Origin: Macrostomum lignano
Lineage: Eukaryota
Assembly: GCA_002269645.1 (NCBI GenBank)
Contig: NIVC01000868.1
Span: 299,275-363,274 of the forward strand
Direction of reading: 5' to 3'
DNA length: 64,000 bases
Shown here: one piece after another, positions 27,486 through 51,339 of the stretch
Layout of the letters: every line of letters starts with the position of its first letter
How positions within the stretch are numbered: position 1 is the stretch's first letter
Made by a program: the position numbers and the translations under genes
Notes under the pieces: generated by a model
What the model was told of the DNA's origin: nothing
Seen by the model: only the letters and a program-made list of their open reading frames with translations
The model's database searches: none

Positions 27486-30400
27486 ATGAGCACTTGGAGC
27501 GTCCCGCACAACTTCATCCACAGCACCCATGAGCTGGACGTGAAGGCCGACCCGACCATGGCCTCAATTGTGAGTCTGGGCACCATCGGGCTCACGATGC
27601 AGAGCTGATACTGCAAAAGCACAGCTGTATAGCTTTAACTAACCAGCAAACTCTGTGTTTCCAGGAAAGTGAATCCATGGGCACCGAGGTAACTCCAGGT
27701 GTCTATCTCAATACAGCATGCAAAAGCCACATGTAGTGCATGCCGGAGAATAGGGCAAATCAAATAGCAGATCTCTCACTAAGCTTGCACCTGATGCTGA
27801 AGAGCTGCGTTCATTTAAAAACAAACCACAAGCTGGCTGAGGCAATGAGGCCAATAAAAGCTTCAGGTGGCGCACCTGCGCGCACCTCAGCCAGCCTGTA
27901 AACAGTGTTTTACAACGCAGCCCGCAACTCCTCGGTCCCCGGCCTCTGCACCGCCTGCCCCCCACCGGGGCGTGTTGCGGGGGTGCGCCTGCACGTGATG
28001 CCTGCAACTTGGGAGTGAATATTTGTCCAGTTTTGCATGACTTAATTCGCGAAGATTTGTTGTTAAAGGTTTAAAATTTGTCAGGTCACTTCAAAGAGAC
28101 CGCAAATGCAATAAATGTCACAGTGAAGTGCCTGTCAGGGAAAATAGTGCAGGTCGAAATTGCTGCAGTTGCGAGCTGTCTGCACTCAATCAACTCCTGG
28201 TTTCCCTCCACGGGTTCCCGGAAGTTCTTTCTGTCTCACCAATCAAGTAGGAGCTGCCGTTCAGAAATTGCCAACTTTTTTCCCACTGAGAGACAAAATA
28301 TTGATTTCTTGGAAACAGCATCCTAAAATAGGCGGGTTGTACTGAATTTCTTGGAAATAGCATCCTAAAATGGGTGGGTTCTACTGAATTTCTTGGAAAC
28401 AATATCCTAAAATGGGCGGGTTGTACTGAATTTCTTGGAAATAGCATCCTAAAATGGGTGGGTTGTACTGAATTTCTTGGAAACAATATCCTAAAATGGG
28501 CGGGTTGTGCTGAATTTCTTGGAAACAGCATCCTAAAATGGGCGGGTTGTACTGAATTTCTTGGAAATAGCATCCTAAAACTGCAGCAAATCCGAATTCC
28601 TGCACATCCGTTGTCTGAGCAGAATGGCAGTAAAACTTGCTCTCTCCGCAGTTGCACTGTCGTTGATGCCGCAGACTCACGGGCGCAACGCATGCCAGCT
28701 CTTACCCGTTCCGATCCCCCACCGAATTCCCCGCATGCCAGCTCTCACCCGTTCCGATCCCCCACCGAATTCCCCGCATGCCAGCTCTCACCCGTTCCGA
28801 TCCCCCACCGAATTCCCCGCATGCCAGCTCTCACCCTCCTGATCCCCAACCGAATTCCCCACATGCCAGCTCTCACCCGTCCCGATCCCCAACCGAATTC
28901 CCCACATGCCAGCTCTCACCCGTCCCGATCCCCAACCGAATTCTCCGCATGCCAGCTCTCACCCGTCCCGATCCCCAACCGAATTCCCCACGTGCCAGCT
29001 CTCACCCGTCCCGATCCCCCACCGAATTCCCCACCGCAGACCAGCCTGGCCAAGAAGACGCTGCGCAGGCAGGTGACGCCAATCATGCTGCTGACGGTGA
29101 TTACGGCCGCCCTGTCCTCCACCATGTACGGCTACAACATGTCCAAACTCAACACGCCCTACGAGGTAAAGCGAAATTCCATGCTCGTTCTAACTACTTT
29201 TAGTAGAAATAAACGGGCAAAGACCTGAGGCAGCCGCCAATAACCTGCGTCCCCCTTCCCCCAGATTCTGCTGAGCTTCATCAACACGACTTACACCGAG
29301 CGCAATGGCGTGGAGCCGGCGCCCACCTTCCTGACGCTGATTTGGTCCGTCATCATCTCCGCCTTCGTGGGCGCCGGCGCCCTCGGCTCATTCAGCAGTG
29401 GCGTGTTCGCTGAGAAGTTCGGCCGCAGGCGAGGCCTCTTCATCAACCACTTGCTCGCCTTCGCCAGCGCGGCAGCAGAGATGGCCGCCTACTACTGCAA
29501 GGTGTACGAGCTGCTCATCGTGGGCCGCGCGATCATCGGCTTCAACAGCGGTGAGTTCTGCAGAGCCAAGCAATTCGATTGAAGCACCTGGAAGCACGAG
29601 GTCACGGTCGTAACTTGATGACGTCACCCTTGTGGGCCCAAAGTTTCGCGGATTCTCACCAGGGGATTCTCACCAGGGGATTCTCACCATGGGATTCTCA
29701 CCTGGGGATTCTCACCATGGGGTTCTCACCAGGTGATTCTCACCAGGGGATTCTCACCAGGGGATTCTCACCAGGTGATTCTCACCTTGCCCAGCACGTT
29801 CCTGAAGCAGGCATTGAACTTCCATAGAGGGGAAATATTGGAACTTCCCGGGAAACTTCAGCTTTCAACCCTATTTCTCAGTCAAGTTTGGCTCTTTAGC
29901 GGCTTCGAGACCACATCGACCCAAATTGATTGATCTCACAGGCATTTCGCAGGGCCTGGTGTCCCTCTACATCGCGGAGGTGTCGCCCAAGCAGGTCCGT
30001 GGCGCCTTCCTCTCCTTTCACCAGATCGGCATCGTAATCGGCATCCTGCTGGGCCAGGTGCTCAGCCTGGAGTTCGTGCTGGGTGAGCGCTCTGTCTGTT
30101 GTTTGAGCCAGGAAGACTTTATACTGAATTTGAAAGCTATGCAACTTAAGATGTACTTTTAAGTGAACGAGCCGCACTACATGCTGAACTATGTGAGAGT
30201 ACAAAGGCAGGCTGGGTGTACAGCACATGGGTGCATCTCTGGAACCCAATCACCCACTGCAGGCGGCGTCAACACGTGGCCATTCCTGTGCGGCTTCTCG
30301 GTGATGCCCTGCCTGCTGTCCTGCTGCCTGCTGCCCCTCTGCCCCGAGAGCCCCCGCTACCTGCTGTCCGTGCGCAAGGACGAGGCCGCCGCCAAGGCCG

Positions 30401-32753
30401 CTCTGCTGCGCCTCACCAGATCAAAGCACGCCGCCAAGGAGCTGCTGAACGAAATCCGCGAGGAGGAGAAAGTGGTGAGCAGCCGGCCCGACCTGTACGA
30501 GAGCTTCCAGTACCGGGACCTGTTCACGCGGCCGGAGCTGCGGCGCAGCCTCATGATGAGCGCCCTGCTGAACGTGAGCCAGCAGTGGAGCGGCATCAAC
30601 GCCATCTTCGCGTACTCGCACTCCGTCTTCTACAACGCCGGCGTGGACCCCGAAGCCATTCAGTACGCCATCATCGGCACCGGCGTCATTAACGTTGTCG
30701 TCACTTTCATCAGCCTGGCGCTGATCGAAAAAGTCGGCCGCAGGAAGCTTCTACTGATCCCGAACTGGATCCTGGTAGGCAGCCTGCTGGTGCTGACGGC
30801 CTGCATCAACCAGCAGTCCAACTTCGCCTGGCTGAACTACTTCACCATCTGCATCATGCTGGCCTACATTGTCGGCTTTGGCCTGGGCTTTGGTGAGTCT
30901 GGGTGGATGTTTGGGTGGATGGGTTCCTGGCCCTTCGGAAACTTTAATACAACCGCACAGACTAGTAAAATGGTAAACGCTTGAGTAAGAGCTCTACAGA
31001 CTTGAGTAGAAGCAAACAGACCTGAGTAGAAGCGAACAGACTTGAGTAGAATCGAACAGACTTGAGTAGAATCGAACAGACTTGAGTAGAAGCGAACAGA
31101 TTTGAGTAGAATCGAACAGACTTGAGTAGAAGCGAACAGATTTGAGTAGAACCGCGTAAACTTTTCTCGCAGGCCCGCTCACCTCGATGATTACCTGCGA
31201 GACGTTCGAGCAGCAGGCGCGGCCTCAGGCGATGGCCGTCATCCAGACTGTGCACTACGTCAGCTGCTTCGTCCTCATGCTCACCTTCAAGTTCATGGAG
31301 GTGAGTGCTGTTCATCGCCTTCACGCTGGCAATTCAGTGCAGTCAGTGGCAATTCAGTGCAGTCAGTGGCAATTCAGTGCAGTCAGTGGCAATTCAGTGC
31401 AGTCAGTGGCAATTCAGTGCAGTCAGTGGCAATTCAGTGCAGTCAGTGGCAATTCAGTGCAGTCAGTGGCAATTCAGTGCAGTCAGTGGCAATTCAGTGC
31501 AGTCAGTGGCAATTCAGTGCAGTCAGTGGCAATTCAGTGCAGTCAGTGGCAATTCAGTGCAGTCAGTGGCAACTCAGTGCAGTCAGTGGCAATTCAGTGC
31601 AGTCAGTGGCAATTCAGTGCAGTCAGTGGCAATTCAGTGCAGTCAGTGGCAATTCAGTGCAGTCAGTGGCAATTCAGTGCAGTCAGTGGCAATTCAGTGC
31701 AGTCAGTGGCAATTCAGTGCAGTCAGTGGCAATTCAGTGCAGTCAGTGGCAATTCAGTGCAGTCAGTGGCAATTCAGTGCAGTCAGTGGCAATTCAGTGC
31801 AGTCAGTGGCAATTCAGTGCAGTCAGTGGCAACTCAGTGCAGTCAGTGGCAATTCAGTGCAGTCAGTGGCAACTCAGTGCAGTCAGTGGCAATTCAGTGC
31901 AGTCAGTGGCAATTCAGTGCAGTCAGTGGCAATTCAGTGCAGTCAGTGGCAATTCAGTGCAGTCAGTGGCAATTCAGTGCAGTCAGTGGCAATTCAGTGC
32001 AGTCAGTGGCAATTCAGTGCAGTCAGTGGCAACTCAGTGCAGTCAGTGGCAATTCAGTGCAGTCAGTGGCAATTCAGTGCAGTCAGTGGCAATTCAGTGC
32101 AGTCAGTGGCAACTCAGTGCAGTCAGTGGCAATTCAGTGCAGTCAGTGGCAATTCAGTGCAGTCAGTGGCAATTCAGTGCAGTCAGTGGCAACTCAGTGC
32201 AGTCAGTGGCAATTCAGTGCAGTCAGTGGCAATTCAGTGCAGTCAGTGGCAACTCAGTGCAGTCAGTGGCAATTCAGTGCAGTCAGTGGCAATTCAGTGC
32301 AGTCAGTGGCAATTCAGTGCAGTCAGTGGCAATTCAGTGCAGTCAGTGGCAACTCAGTGCAGTCAGTGGCAATTCAGGCAGTTGCTGAGCAAATCCGACC
32401 TCCCCGCCTCCCACCCGCAGGCCGCCATGAAGGAGTTCATCTTCATGCTGTTTGCCTGCATCGTTGCCGTGGCGACCACCTACCTGATGTTCTACCTGCC
32501 CGAGAGCGCCCACCGCAGCGTCAAGGAGGTTGTGGCCGACATCAAGGATGGCTGGCGCTGGCGGCCCTGCAACGGTTCGGACGGTGCCGAGTCCGAGGGC
32601 GCCGAGATCGCGCGGAAGCGCCGAAAGCGCGGCAGCAGCGGCACGTACATCAAGCGGGCCGACGCCCGGCCGGAGGACCTGCAGCTGCAGGCGGCGGTCA
32701 CCACCCCGCTACGAAAGGCGGACTACGACGCCGATGACGACCTGGAGGCCTAA
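27486..32753 (+). CDS. SLC2A: GLUT/SLC2A-type facilitated sugar transporter (MFS sugar porter), 7 exons, about 575 aa
   Basis: Exons 27486-27569, 29040-29165, 29265-29550, 29942-30082, 30263-30892, 31173-31300 and 32421-32753 are phase-compatible (1728 nt). Sugar-porter motifs FGRR, YIAEVSPKQVRG, PESPRYLL, QQWSGINA, GRRKLLL and LPES. Exon 1 is the least certain. Confidence 0.92.
28295..29033. repeat. Two arrays in SLC2A intron 1: 42-bp (28295-28580) and about 43-bp (28688-29033)
   Basis: GCATCCTAAAATGGGCGGGTTGTACTGAATTTCTTGGAAATA; GCATGCCAGCTCTCACCCGTCCCGATCCCCAACCGAATTCCCC, ending at the acceptor. Confidence 0.9.
29650..29787. repeat. 14-bp minisatellite (SLC2A intron 3)
   Basis: Unit GATTCTCACCAGGG. 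Confidence 0.88.
30981..31150. repeat. 20-bp minisatellite (SLC2A intron 5)
   Basis: Unit CTTGAGTAGAA(T/G)CGAACAGA. Confidence 0.9.
31328..32377. repeat. 20-bp minisatellite x about 52 (SLC2A intron 6)
   Basis: Unit GGCAATTCAGTGCAGTCAGT, nearly homogeneous. Confidence 0.96.
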
Positions 32754-32860
32754 GGCTGGGCTTGGGCTGCAGCCACTGACTGCGAGCTGAATTGCCAGTT
32801 AACGAATGGCCTTGAAGAGTCACACGTACTTTGTAACTGTGCCTGCACAGACAGCTTGCT

Positions 32861-33930
32861 GCACTCCCGCAGCTCCCAGTTGTGCTATAGAGCTTGTGCA
32901 ATGTATAGCAGCTAGGATGAAATGCACTCCCGCAGCTCCCAGTTGTGCTATAGAGCTTGTGCAATGTATAGCAGCTAGGATGAAATGCACTCCCGCAGCT
33001 CCCAGTTGTGCCATAGAGCTTGTGCAATGTATAGCAGCTAGGATGAAATGCACTCCCGCAGCTCCCAGTTGTGCCATAGAGCTTGTGCAATGTATAGCAG
33101 CTAGGATGAAATGCACTCCCGCAGCTCCCAGTTGTGCCATAGAGCTTGTGCAATGTATAGCAGCTAGGATGAAATGCACTCCCGCAGCTCCCAGTTGTGC
33201 CATAGAGCTTGTGCAATGTATAGCAGCTAGGATGAAATGCACTCCCGCAGCTCCCAGTTGTGCCATAGAGCTTGTGCAATGTATAGCAGCTAGGATGAAA
33301 TGCACTCCCGCAGCTCCCAGTTGTGCCATAGAGCTTGTGCAATGTATAGCAGCTAGGATGAAATGCACTCCCGCAGCTCACAGTTGTGCCATAGAGCTTG
33401 TGCAATGTATAGCAGCTAGGATGAAATGCACTCCCGCAGCTCCCAGTTGTGCCATAGAGCTTGTGCAATGTATAGCAGCTAGGATGAAATGCACTCCCGC
33501 AGCTCCCAGTTGTGCCATAGAGCTTGTGCAATGTATAGCAGCTAGGATGAAATGCACTCCCGCAGCTCACAGTTGTGCCATAGAGCTTGTGCAATGTATA
33601 GCAGCTAGGATGAAATGCACTCCCGCAGCTCCCAGTTGTGCCATAGAGCTTGTGCAATGTATAGCAGCTAGGATGAAATGCACTCCCGCAGCTCACAGTT
33701 GTGCCATAGAGCTTGTGCAATGTATAGCAGCTAGGATGAAATGCACTCCCGCAGCTCACAGTTGTGCCATAGAGCTTGTGCAATGTATAGCAGCTAGGAT
33801 GAAATGCACTCCCGCAGCTCCCAGTTGTGCCATAGAGCTTGTGCAATGTATAGCAGCTAGGATGAAATGCACTCCCGCAGCTCACAGTTGTGCCATAGAG
33901 CTTGTGCAATGTATAGCAGCTAGGATGAAA
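32861..33930. repeat. 63-bp minisatellite x about 17 (SLC2A 3' UTR/downstream)
   Basis: Unit GCACTCCCGCAGCTCCCAGTTGTGCCATAGAGCTTGTGCAATGTATAGCAGCTAGGATGAAAT. Confidence 0.96.
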
Positions 33931-35513
33931 CTCTACTGGTAAGTTTGCTGGCTCATACAACAGGGACTGGCCATTGTATAGCAAAGCAACCACATTCAGC
34001 CCCGTGTAGGCGGGTTTCAAGAAGCTTCATTCGACAACACAAGGGTAGGGAGTTGATTTCCATCATCAGAAGAGTGTTAATTGCTTCCACTGGCATCCAG
34101 CAGTTTTTATCAAAACAATGCTAAAAAACTTAGTAAATTCACTTGGATAATCCGCAGCTTCTCGATGCAGATGTGCTGATTCTGTACTCCCGCCCGCGCA
34201 GGCCTCACTAATACCGTACCGCAGGCACTCGCAGCTTCAATACTCATTTCAAATCAATCATTGCTCTGTAGGGCCGCACTAATCCAAAATCAGTTCGATT
34301 TTTCATTTCACTTGTTTGCTAAATTTTTGTTTTGCGTTCCCGCGCTTCATTTATTCATTCTGCGCCTCCGAATGAGCTTCGCCTAGCAAGCCGCTCTTCA
34401 TCAATAAATCCTGCTCAAACTGGACCTGTACCGCCAACCGTCCGCCTGGTCTTGAGTTTTATTTACTCACAGGTTTGTGCCACAAAGACGCCGCAGGCAA
34501 TTGTGCCCGACTGGCTGGTTTATCTGGCGTGTCAGGGCAGATTGATGCGAGCTGCCAGCGCCTGTCAGTCACCCGGGCCGCACAACTGCAGGCGGGGCTC
34601 CCTTCTGGTGCAGATTTAAACTGGCGAGCTGGCATTGATAAGCGGTGGGTGTGCGATGCCACACCTGCCAGGTACTTGTTTCAGCTGGGCAGATTGACAG
34701 CTCGAATAGTGATTGTGCGGCTGTGCAAACAGCTGTGCCGCCACTCGTCACGTGCGATGGCTTATCTGCGGCAAACTATTGTATGCTATAGTAAGCGGAG
34801 ACTAAGCAAGCAGAGCCAAAAACTGACCAGCAAGTTGTGGCTGCAAGTTTTGCAAGACTTACTGATTATATTCAGGACTGACAGCCTGTCAGTGAGAATC
34901 TGCTTCGGTCTTGCTGCACCGAAAGCCGCGTGAGCAGCACAGTGACGAAGTGCAAATATATTCGGAAAGCAAATAAACAAAGGAGACGCCTAGGAAACTG
35001 CAGTGTGACGCCATTAGCGAGACTTATAAAGAAGGTATAACAAGCATATAGCGGATTTGATCAACATCTGCTTGACTCTACTTACAGTAGCTTACCTGAA
35101 AATACAACGGATTTTAAGTTGAAGGTGAAACGCTGCTGAAGTACATAGAAAAGATTACATCGGAAATTTTGCTGCAACCTGGGACTTGCGAGCAGCAAAG
35201 GGGTGCTCAACTGCAATTCTTTAAATGCCTGTATTGACATTTCTCCCCACCTCTGCACTACAGGACTCAAGCTGTTTGGCATGTGGTCGAGAGTTAATCA
35301 AGATAAACCAATTAAAACCCTCGTCCCTCTGCATCTCTGCCAACCCAGTGTGACAAATTTAGAAATTTAGGGTCTCGTGTCAGCCTCAAAAATATCAGAT
35401 CCAGACGGACTCCAAAACAGTTACACGGCCAGGCCGAGATTGCATTTTCTGGCACCCCCGTTTCCACAGGATGCTTGCTGCCAGTTCCGGGCGGGTCAGT
35501 GGCAGGAGCTCAG

Positions 35514-35644
35514 CCGGGTCACCACAGCCGGGTCACCACAGCCGGGTCACCACAGCCGGGTCACCACAGCCGGGTCACCACAGCCGGGTCACCACAGCCG
35601 GGTCACCACAGCCGGGTCACCACAGTCGGGTCACCACAGCCGGG

Positions 35645-35658
<14 letters not shown>
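35514..35658 (-). repeat. 14-bp repeat x about 10 duplicating the ATAT1 last codons and stop
   Basis: Minus-strand unit CCCGGCTGTGGTGA = ...R-L-W-stop. Confidence 0.9.
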
Positions 35659-46434
<10,776 letters not shown>

Positions 46435-46833
46435 TCTTTAACTATTGTATCAAATAAAAAATATTAATGGGAAATCTAACGCATTATAGACAATTAATAA
46501 AAACTAGAAACCAATGAAAGACGAACCAATGTAATGTAATCGTCATGGAATTTAAAAGTATTTCTAGATTTTATAAGTCTCCTGCGCGTCTATAGTTGTT
46601 TGGTCAATATTATCTTATTATTCTAATATACAAATTTACTCATTATTTAGTACGTATAATTCCCCTAAAATTTGGACTGTCTGGAATCTTAAGTGCCCAT
46701 AAATTGTACCTTCGTTTTACTTTACTTTTCTAAGAACAAAATATTTTCGATTCTGATTTTGTAATTTTGCCATCCAGGAGTCCTGCCTGATCGATCACAC
46801 GCTTACGTCGCTTGCTCAGTCGGACTAATCGCC

Positions 46834-47018
46834 CAGTAGCGCAACCAGAAATTTTTTGAGGGGGGGGGCGGATTCTGGAAGGTAAAGTCCCGGGAGGGGG
46901 GGCGGAGAGGGGGCTATATTTTTGGCGAAAATTCGCTTGGTCCCCCCTTCGATTTTTTTTGGGTCTCTGCCTAAGGGGGGGGGCGAACGCCCCCCCGCCC
47001 CCCCTGGTTGCGCCACTG
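46834..47018. mobile_element. Non-autonomous hAT-type DNA transposon (MITE), 185 bp
   Basis: 15-bp TIRs CAGTAGCGCAACCAG / CTGGTTGCGCCACTG (14/15 match). Perfect 8-bp TSD TAATCGCC at 46826-46833 and 47019-47026. G/C-run-rich interior. Confidence 0.9.
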
Positions 47019-47059
47019 TAATCGCCATCCTGTAAGCCTAAGGATTAGGCAAAAATATC

Positions 47060-47830
47060 TGTAATGCCGAAGTCTAGCATATTTTAGCCTCCGTGACTCT
47101 TCATGTAAGGTCCTATGTATGGCGCGCAACTTAGCCTTGCAATGTGGCCATGTGCCTTTGACTAGATTTGTATAGATGGTTAGGTCCTGCAAATGCCCAA
47201 AGGCAGTTGATTAATGACTGCGTGGTTTTGCAGTTGGCCATAGGCTTGCCAGCCATTGGTACTTATGCGCATCCCTGGGAGCACATGCTGTTGAATAATT
47301 GGTTACATTGTTGCAGCAGTACGGTTAGGCATAGCAACTAGAACACACTTGCATATTCTATGCTCAACCATGCCTAGTACCCACTGACCATGCCGATAGG
47401 CACCTTGGTAGTACTTGCGGTAAAAGAAATATGACTCATCAATTTCCACTTCTTGCCTAGCACTACCAAGCTATATTAGATGGTCCAGTAGGTATAAATG
47501 GGGCACAAATGTCACAAATGAAGTTCTGCCAGTCAATCATCAACTGATGGCTAATGTCATACTGGCATACACATTCTTGCTGCCTAGTATCCACCAACCA
47601 CTAGGCACTAGGGCCTAGTAGATTATGTCAATAAGTTGGTGCAGCTCTAGGTGGCTCCTTTCAAAAAAGAATCCTTCTAGATTGAGACTTGGACATGGCA
47701 ACCAGGACAGGCCCAAGCATACCCATCAATGAACCAATCACCTTGACAATGTTGCAGTCGAAGAGGCACACCAGGGTAGTTATTACATGCATACTAGTTG
47801 GCAATAAGTTGGTACATTACTAGCCAGTTA
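47060..47830 (-). mobile_element. Decayed Merlin (IS1016/ISXO2-like DDE) transposase pseudogene
   Basis: Minus-strand translation DGYAWACPGCHVQVSI*KDSF...EVEIDESYFFYRKYYQGAYRHGQWVLGMVEH...MPNRTAATM*PIIQQHVLPGMRISTNGWQAY...HAVIN / YTNLVKGTWPHCK matches ISXO2-type motifs. Contains in-frame stops and frameshifts. Boundaries approximate. Confidence 0.8.
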
Positions 47831-49309
47831 ATTAGGTTGCATGTTATAGCTGTCATCATAGCAAAGTCTTATATAGTTATTTCTATATCACACATCAAGT
47901 TGCAAAATGTTTAATGTTTTGGCCATACACTATTTGCAGCTTTCTAGCATCAGTCTATAACAAGTTTAGAAGCATAGAATTAGTGCTTAATCAGGCTTAG
48001 GTCTCTTGAAAATAGTTTTTTATACTTAAAATAGTTTGTAGATTAAGGCCTACTTTTCTGGAGTCAAAATAATTTAACTAATAGAACTTGACAATTGCCA
48101 TGTTTTGGATTTGGAAAATTTATTTTCTAAATGTTTTTAAATATGCTTCAGAATATGAAAAAAATTAAGAAATGTAAACAAAATCAAACATAAATAAAAA
48201 AAAACTTGAAATAAAAATGTGCAATAAAAAAACTAAAACATAACATTTTGAATCATATTATTCATTTTTGCAGTAGCATATATTTAAAAGAAAGTTATAT
48301 CAAGTAAAGTTACTAAACTTTAAGACTTTTCAAATGTTGAACCTAAATTTGCAAAAATATTTTTGGCAATCATTGTTTAAGTGTTATAATTAGTTGGTTT
48401 TTTCAAAATGCAAATATATTGACTTATGGTAAAGTTCTCAAATTGCACAAATGTAATGTTAAAGTCAGTTAGTAAATAGTTATTAGAATTAGCTAGAATA
48501 TTTATATAAGAGTTAAGTTCAATTCAAACATATTTACTCTTTACTAAGTTTAATTCTTGCAATTTCACTTGAATTTTACTTAAAAAGTAGACTAGTTGGC
48601 AATTGCTTAATTATATCATTAATTAGATGACAAGGCATTTTATTTAACAATGTCATAGGCCTAGTTACTCCCACTGTTTACCTTTTACAGTTATTTAGTT
48701 ACAGATAAAATCTATCAACAATGTTAAATGTAGTTTTGATTGAAATTATAAAATGTGACAAATCTATCCTAGTATTGATTTCTTGAGTCACATGATCTTA
48801 TTTTATTTTTTTGAGAAATCAAATCAATAGAAAAAGAATTAAATGATGTAAGACCATTTTTTAAATTAAAACACTAGGTCAGCTTAACAAAATGAATAAT
48901 ACCTTAGTTTTTTAAGTAAATAAGTACTACAAACCACATACTGCTAAATCAAGGCTTGTTTTCTATATTTTTATGTTAATTTTAGTCAATAATTTAGGCA
49001 CAGAAATGCTGGGCACTGGAAAGCATTGGCACCAGTCTTCCCACTAGCTGCGGAATTTCCACAGTGAGGAAATTTTAAGTAGACCTACGGAAAATCAAGG
49101 GGATTTTCGTACTCTGCAGAAATTTTTCATTTCTGAATTTGCTCTCATGTTATACCCCAATACCCAATACTGACTACTGGTTTGGTTTGTTGTTCAATGT
49201 CTTTGTGGAAATTGTTATGCTGCAATTTTGTTGCACTGTTCTTGTGATTTTCTGATTTGCTATACTAGATCCAGACTACCTGATGTCATCTGATCACCAT
49301 CACCTTTAT

Positions 49310-49745
49310 TGTATCCCTGCCCTTCCTGTCTTCTCCCTTCCTGTCCTTTCCCTTCCTATTCCTCTCCCTTCCTGTCCTGTCCTCTCCCTTTCTGTTCCTC
49401 TCCCTTCTTGTTCCTCTTCCTTTCTGTTCCTCTCCCTTCCTGTTCCTCTCCCTTCCTGTTCCTCTCCCTTCCTGTCCTGTCCTCTCCCTTCCTTTCCTGT
49501 CCTCTTCTTTCCTGTCCCTCTCCCTTCTTGTTCCTCTCCCTTCCTATTCCTCTCCCTTCCTGTTCCTCTCCCTTCTTGTTCCTCTTCCTTTCTGTTCCTC
49601 TCCCTTCTTGTTCCTCTCCCTTCCTGTTCCTCTCCCTTCCTGTTCCTCTCCCTTCCTGTTCCTCTCCCTTCCTGTCCTGTCCTCTCCCTTCCTTTCCTGT
49701 CCTCTTCTTTCCTGTCCCTCTCCCTTCCTTTCCTGTCCCTGTGCT
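49310..49745. repeat. Polypyrimidine/polypurine about 16-bp repeat
   Basis: Unit similar to CTCTCCCTTCCTGTTC. Confidence 0.9.
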
Positions 49746-51339
49746 TTCCCCGTACCAAGATTTCTGAGCATACAGAATGGAATTTGCTTATCCATTCACC
49801 TGCGCACTTGCGGCTTGCATGCATTCACAGTTAGCTGCATGGCAACTAGTGTTCTTATACAATTACAGCTATTATAGATTTAGAGCACCTTATATAAATT
49901 CTCATAATAGGCCTAATATAAATATAAATTCTTTACTAAATCACAAAACATCCTCATTAGGGCATTCCATGCTTATCTAAAAAGTTGGTGCAAAAATATT
50001 AATTTTGATTAACTAAATATTAAAATATAGTGCAACAAATATTCAATCAATATTGTTTATGCAGATGTCATTTAGGGCCTAATGACATTTTGTTAGTTAA
50101 ATATTTGGAATATAAAGATTTGACTATCTAAAACATAATAAACTTGCAGCTAAAGAGATGGCATGATAAAATTCAATATAGCTACAACTATGGGAGTATA
50201 GAGGTGCAACAGTATAATACTGGTGACATTCATTCATTTCTACTGCTTTACCTTTTACCTATGAAATCAAAGGCTATAATAGTCCTTTAAGTTATTGAAT
50301 CAGTCTATCCAATCCAATATTATTTGATTATAAAAATAGCCTAATCAGTGTTTGGCACTAGTCCATTAAAAACATTAACCTATTAGTAAGCATTATTAAT
50401 AAGTATTAAGATTTTTAATAGAGTTTGGATAAGATCCTAATCTGAAAATCTTGGGATCCCAAGGAAAATTAGATTCCCACAAGATCAAAATCCTAACCCT
50501 ACAAATAGGAATCAAAAATAGGTATTTTGATTCAAGATTTGTAGAATTAGTGAGTAATTGAATGCATTTTGTTTTAACTTGTATTTGTTATATAGGCCTA
50601 GCTATGCCTATCTACTTCAATAGCTAATACTTTTGTCTATATCTAATTGTGTCTCTTCTCTATAACTTTATATAGACCTATGGACTATGATACACTAAAA
50701 GACTTGATCCTGATTCCCAAATCCTGATCCCAATCCCAAACCTAAGAAAAAAATCCCAATTCTCATCTTGTCTAATAACTTCAATCCTGTCTTCTGACCT
50801 CTATTTTTCATTAACATTAATAAAACTGCCTTTGAGATTTTTTGCATTAGCAACCTAAAAAAGTTACATTGATAATTTTTTTGCCAATAAAGAATTCATA
50901 TTTAACACTAGTAACAATGCCAATGAGTCCAAAGATGCAAGGAAAGAACAAAAGTATAAGTCTTATAAGAAATTACAGCATTACAAATACATTATAATCT
51001 ATATAAGTGCCTAATTAATCTCTTTGTTTGTAATGATGATCATGCAAATGTAACAGATTCTTACTTATGAACTTTAACGAATTAAAATAATTTTTTGCTT
51101 CATATGAGCATCACTTGGAGCCTTAATTGACTAACACCTATTCATTATTGATATTAAATCTCTCAAAAGAGTAACAATAATAAGTTCTTTTTTGCTTAAA
51201 AAATTACAATTTGAAAATCTTCATCTGCCAAAAAAATTTTATGAGAAGATTGCTTCTGACTTTTAAATTTGCAGTTTTTGAATAGATCTGAAATGCTCCA
51301 CACCTTTCATTAACAGTTTATGCAAAAATTTATTTCCAC

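Noticed and set aside
26002-27532. 400-460 aa ORFs (MLTHYP/HSLSHS repeats)
   Set aside because: Open in all three frames only because the 23-bp unit lacks stops; no protein signal.
31187-32753. 516/482/343 aa ORFs (QSVAIQCSQW repeats)
   Set aside because: These are SLC2A exons 6 and 7 read through a stop-free 20-bp intronic array; GT-AG sites give the proper transporter.
32698-34020. 378/440 aa ORFs from a 63-bp repeat
   Set aside because: Pure tandem array downstream of the SLC2A stop, open on both strands.
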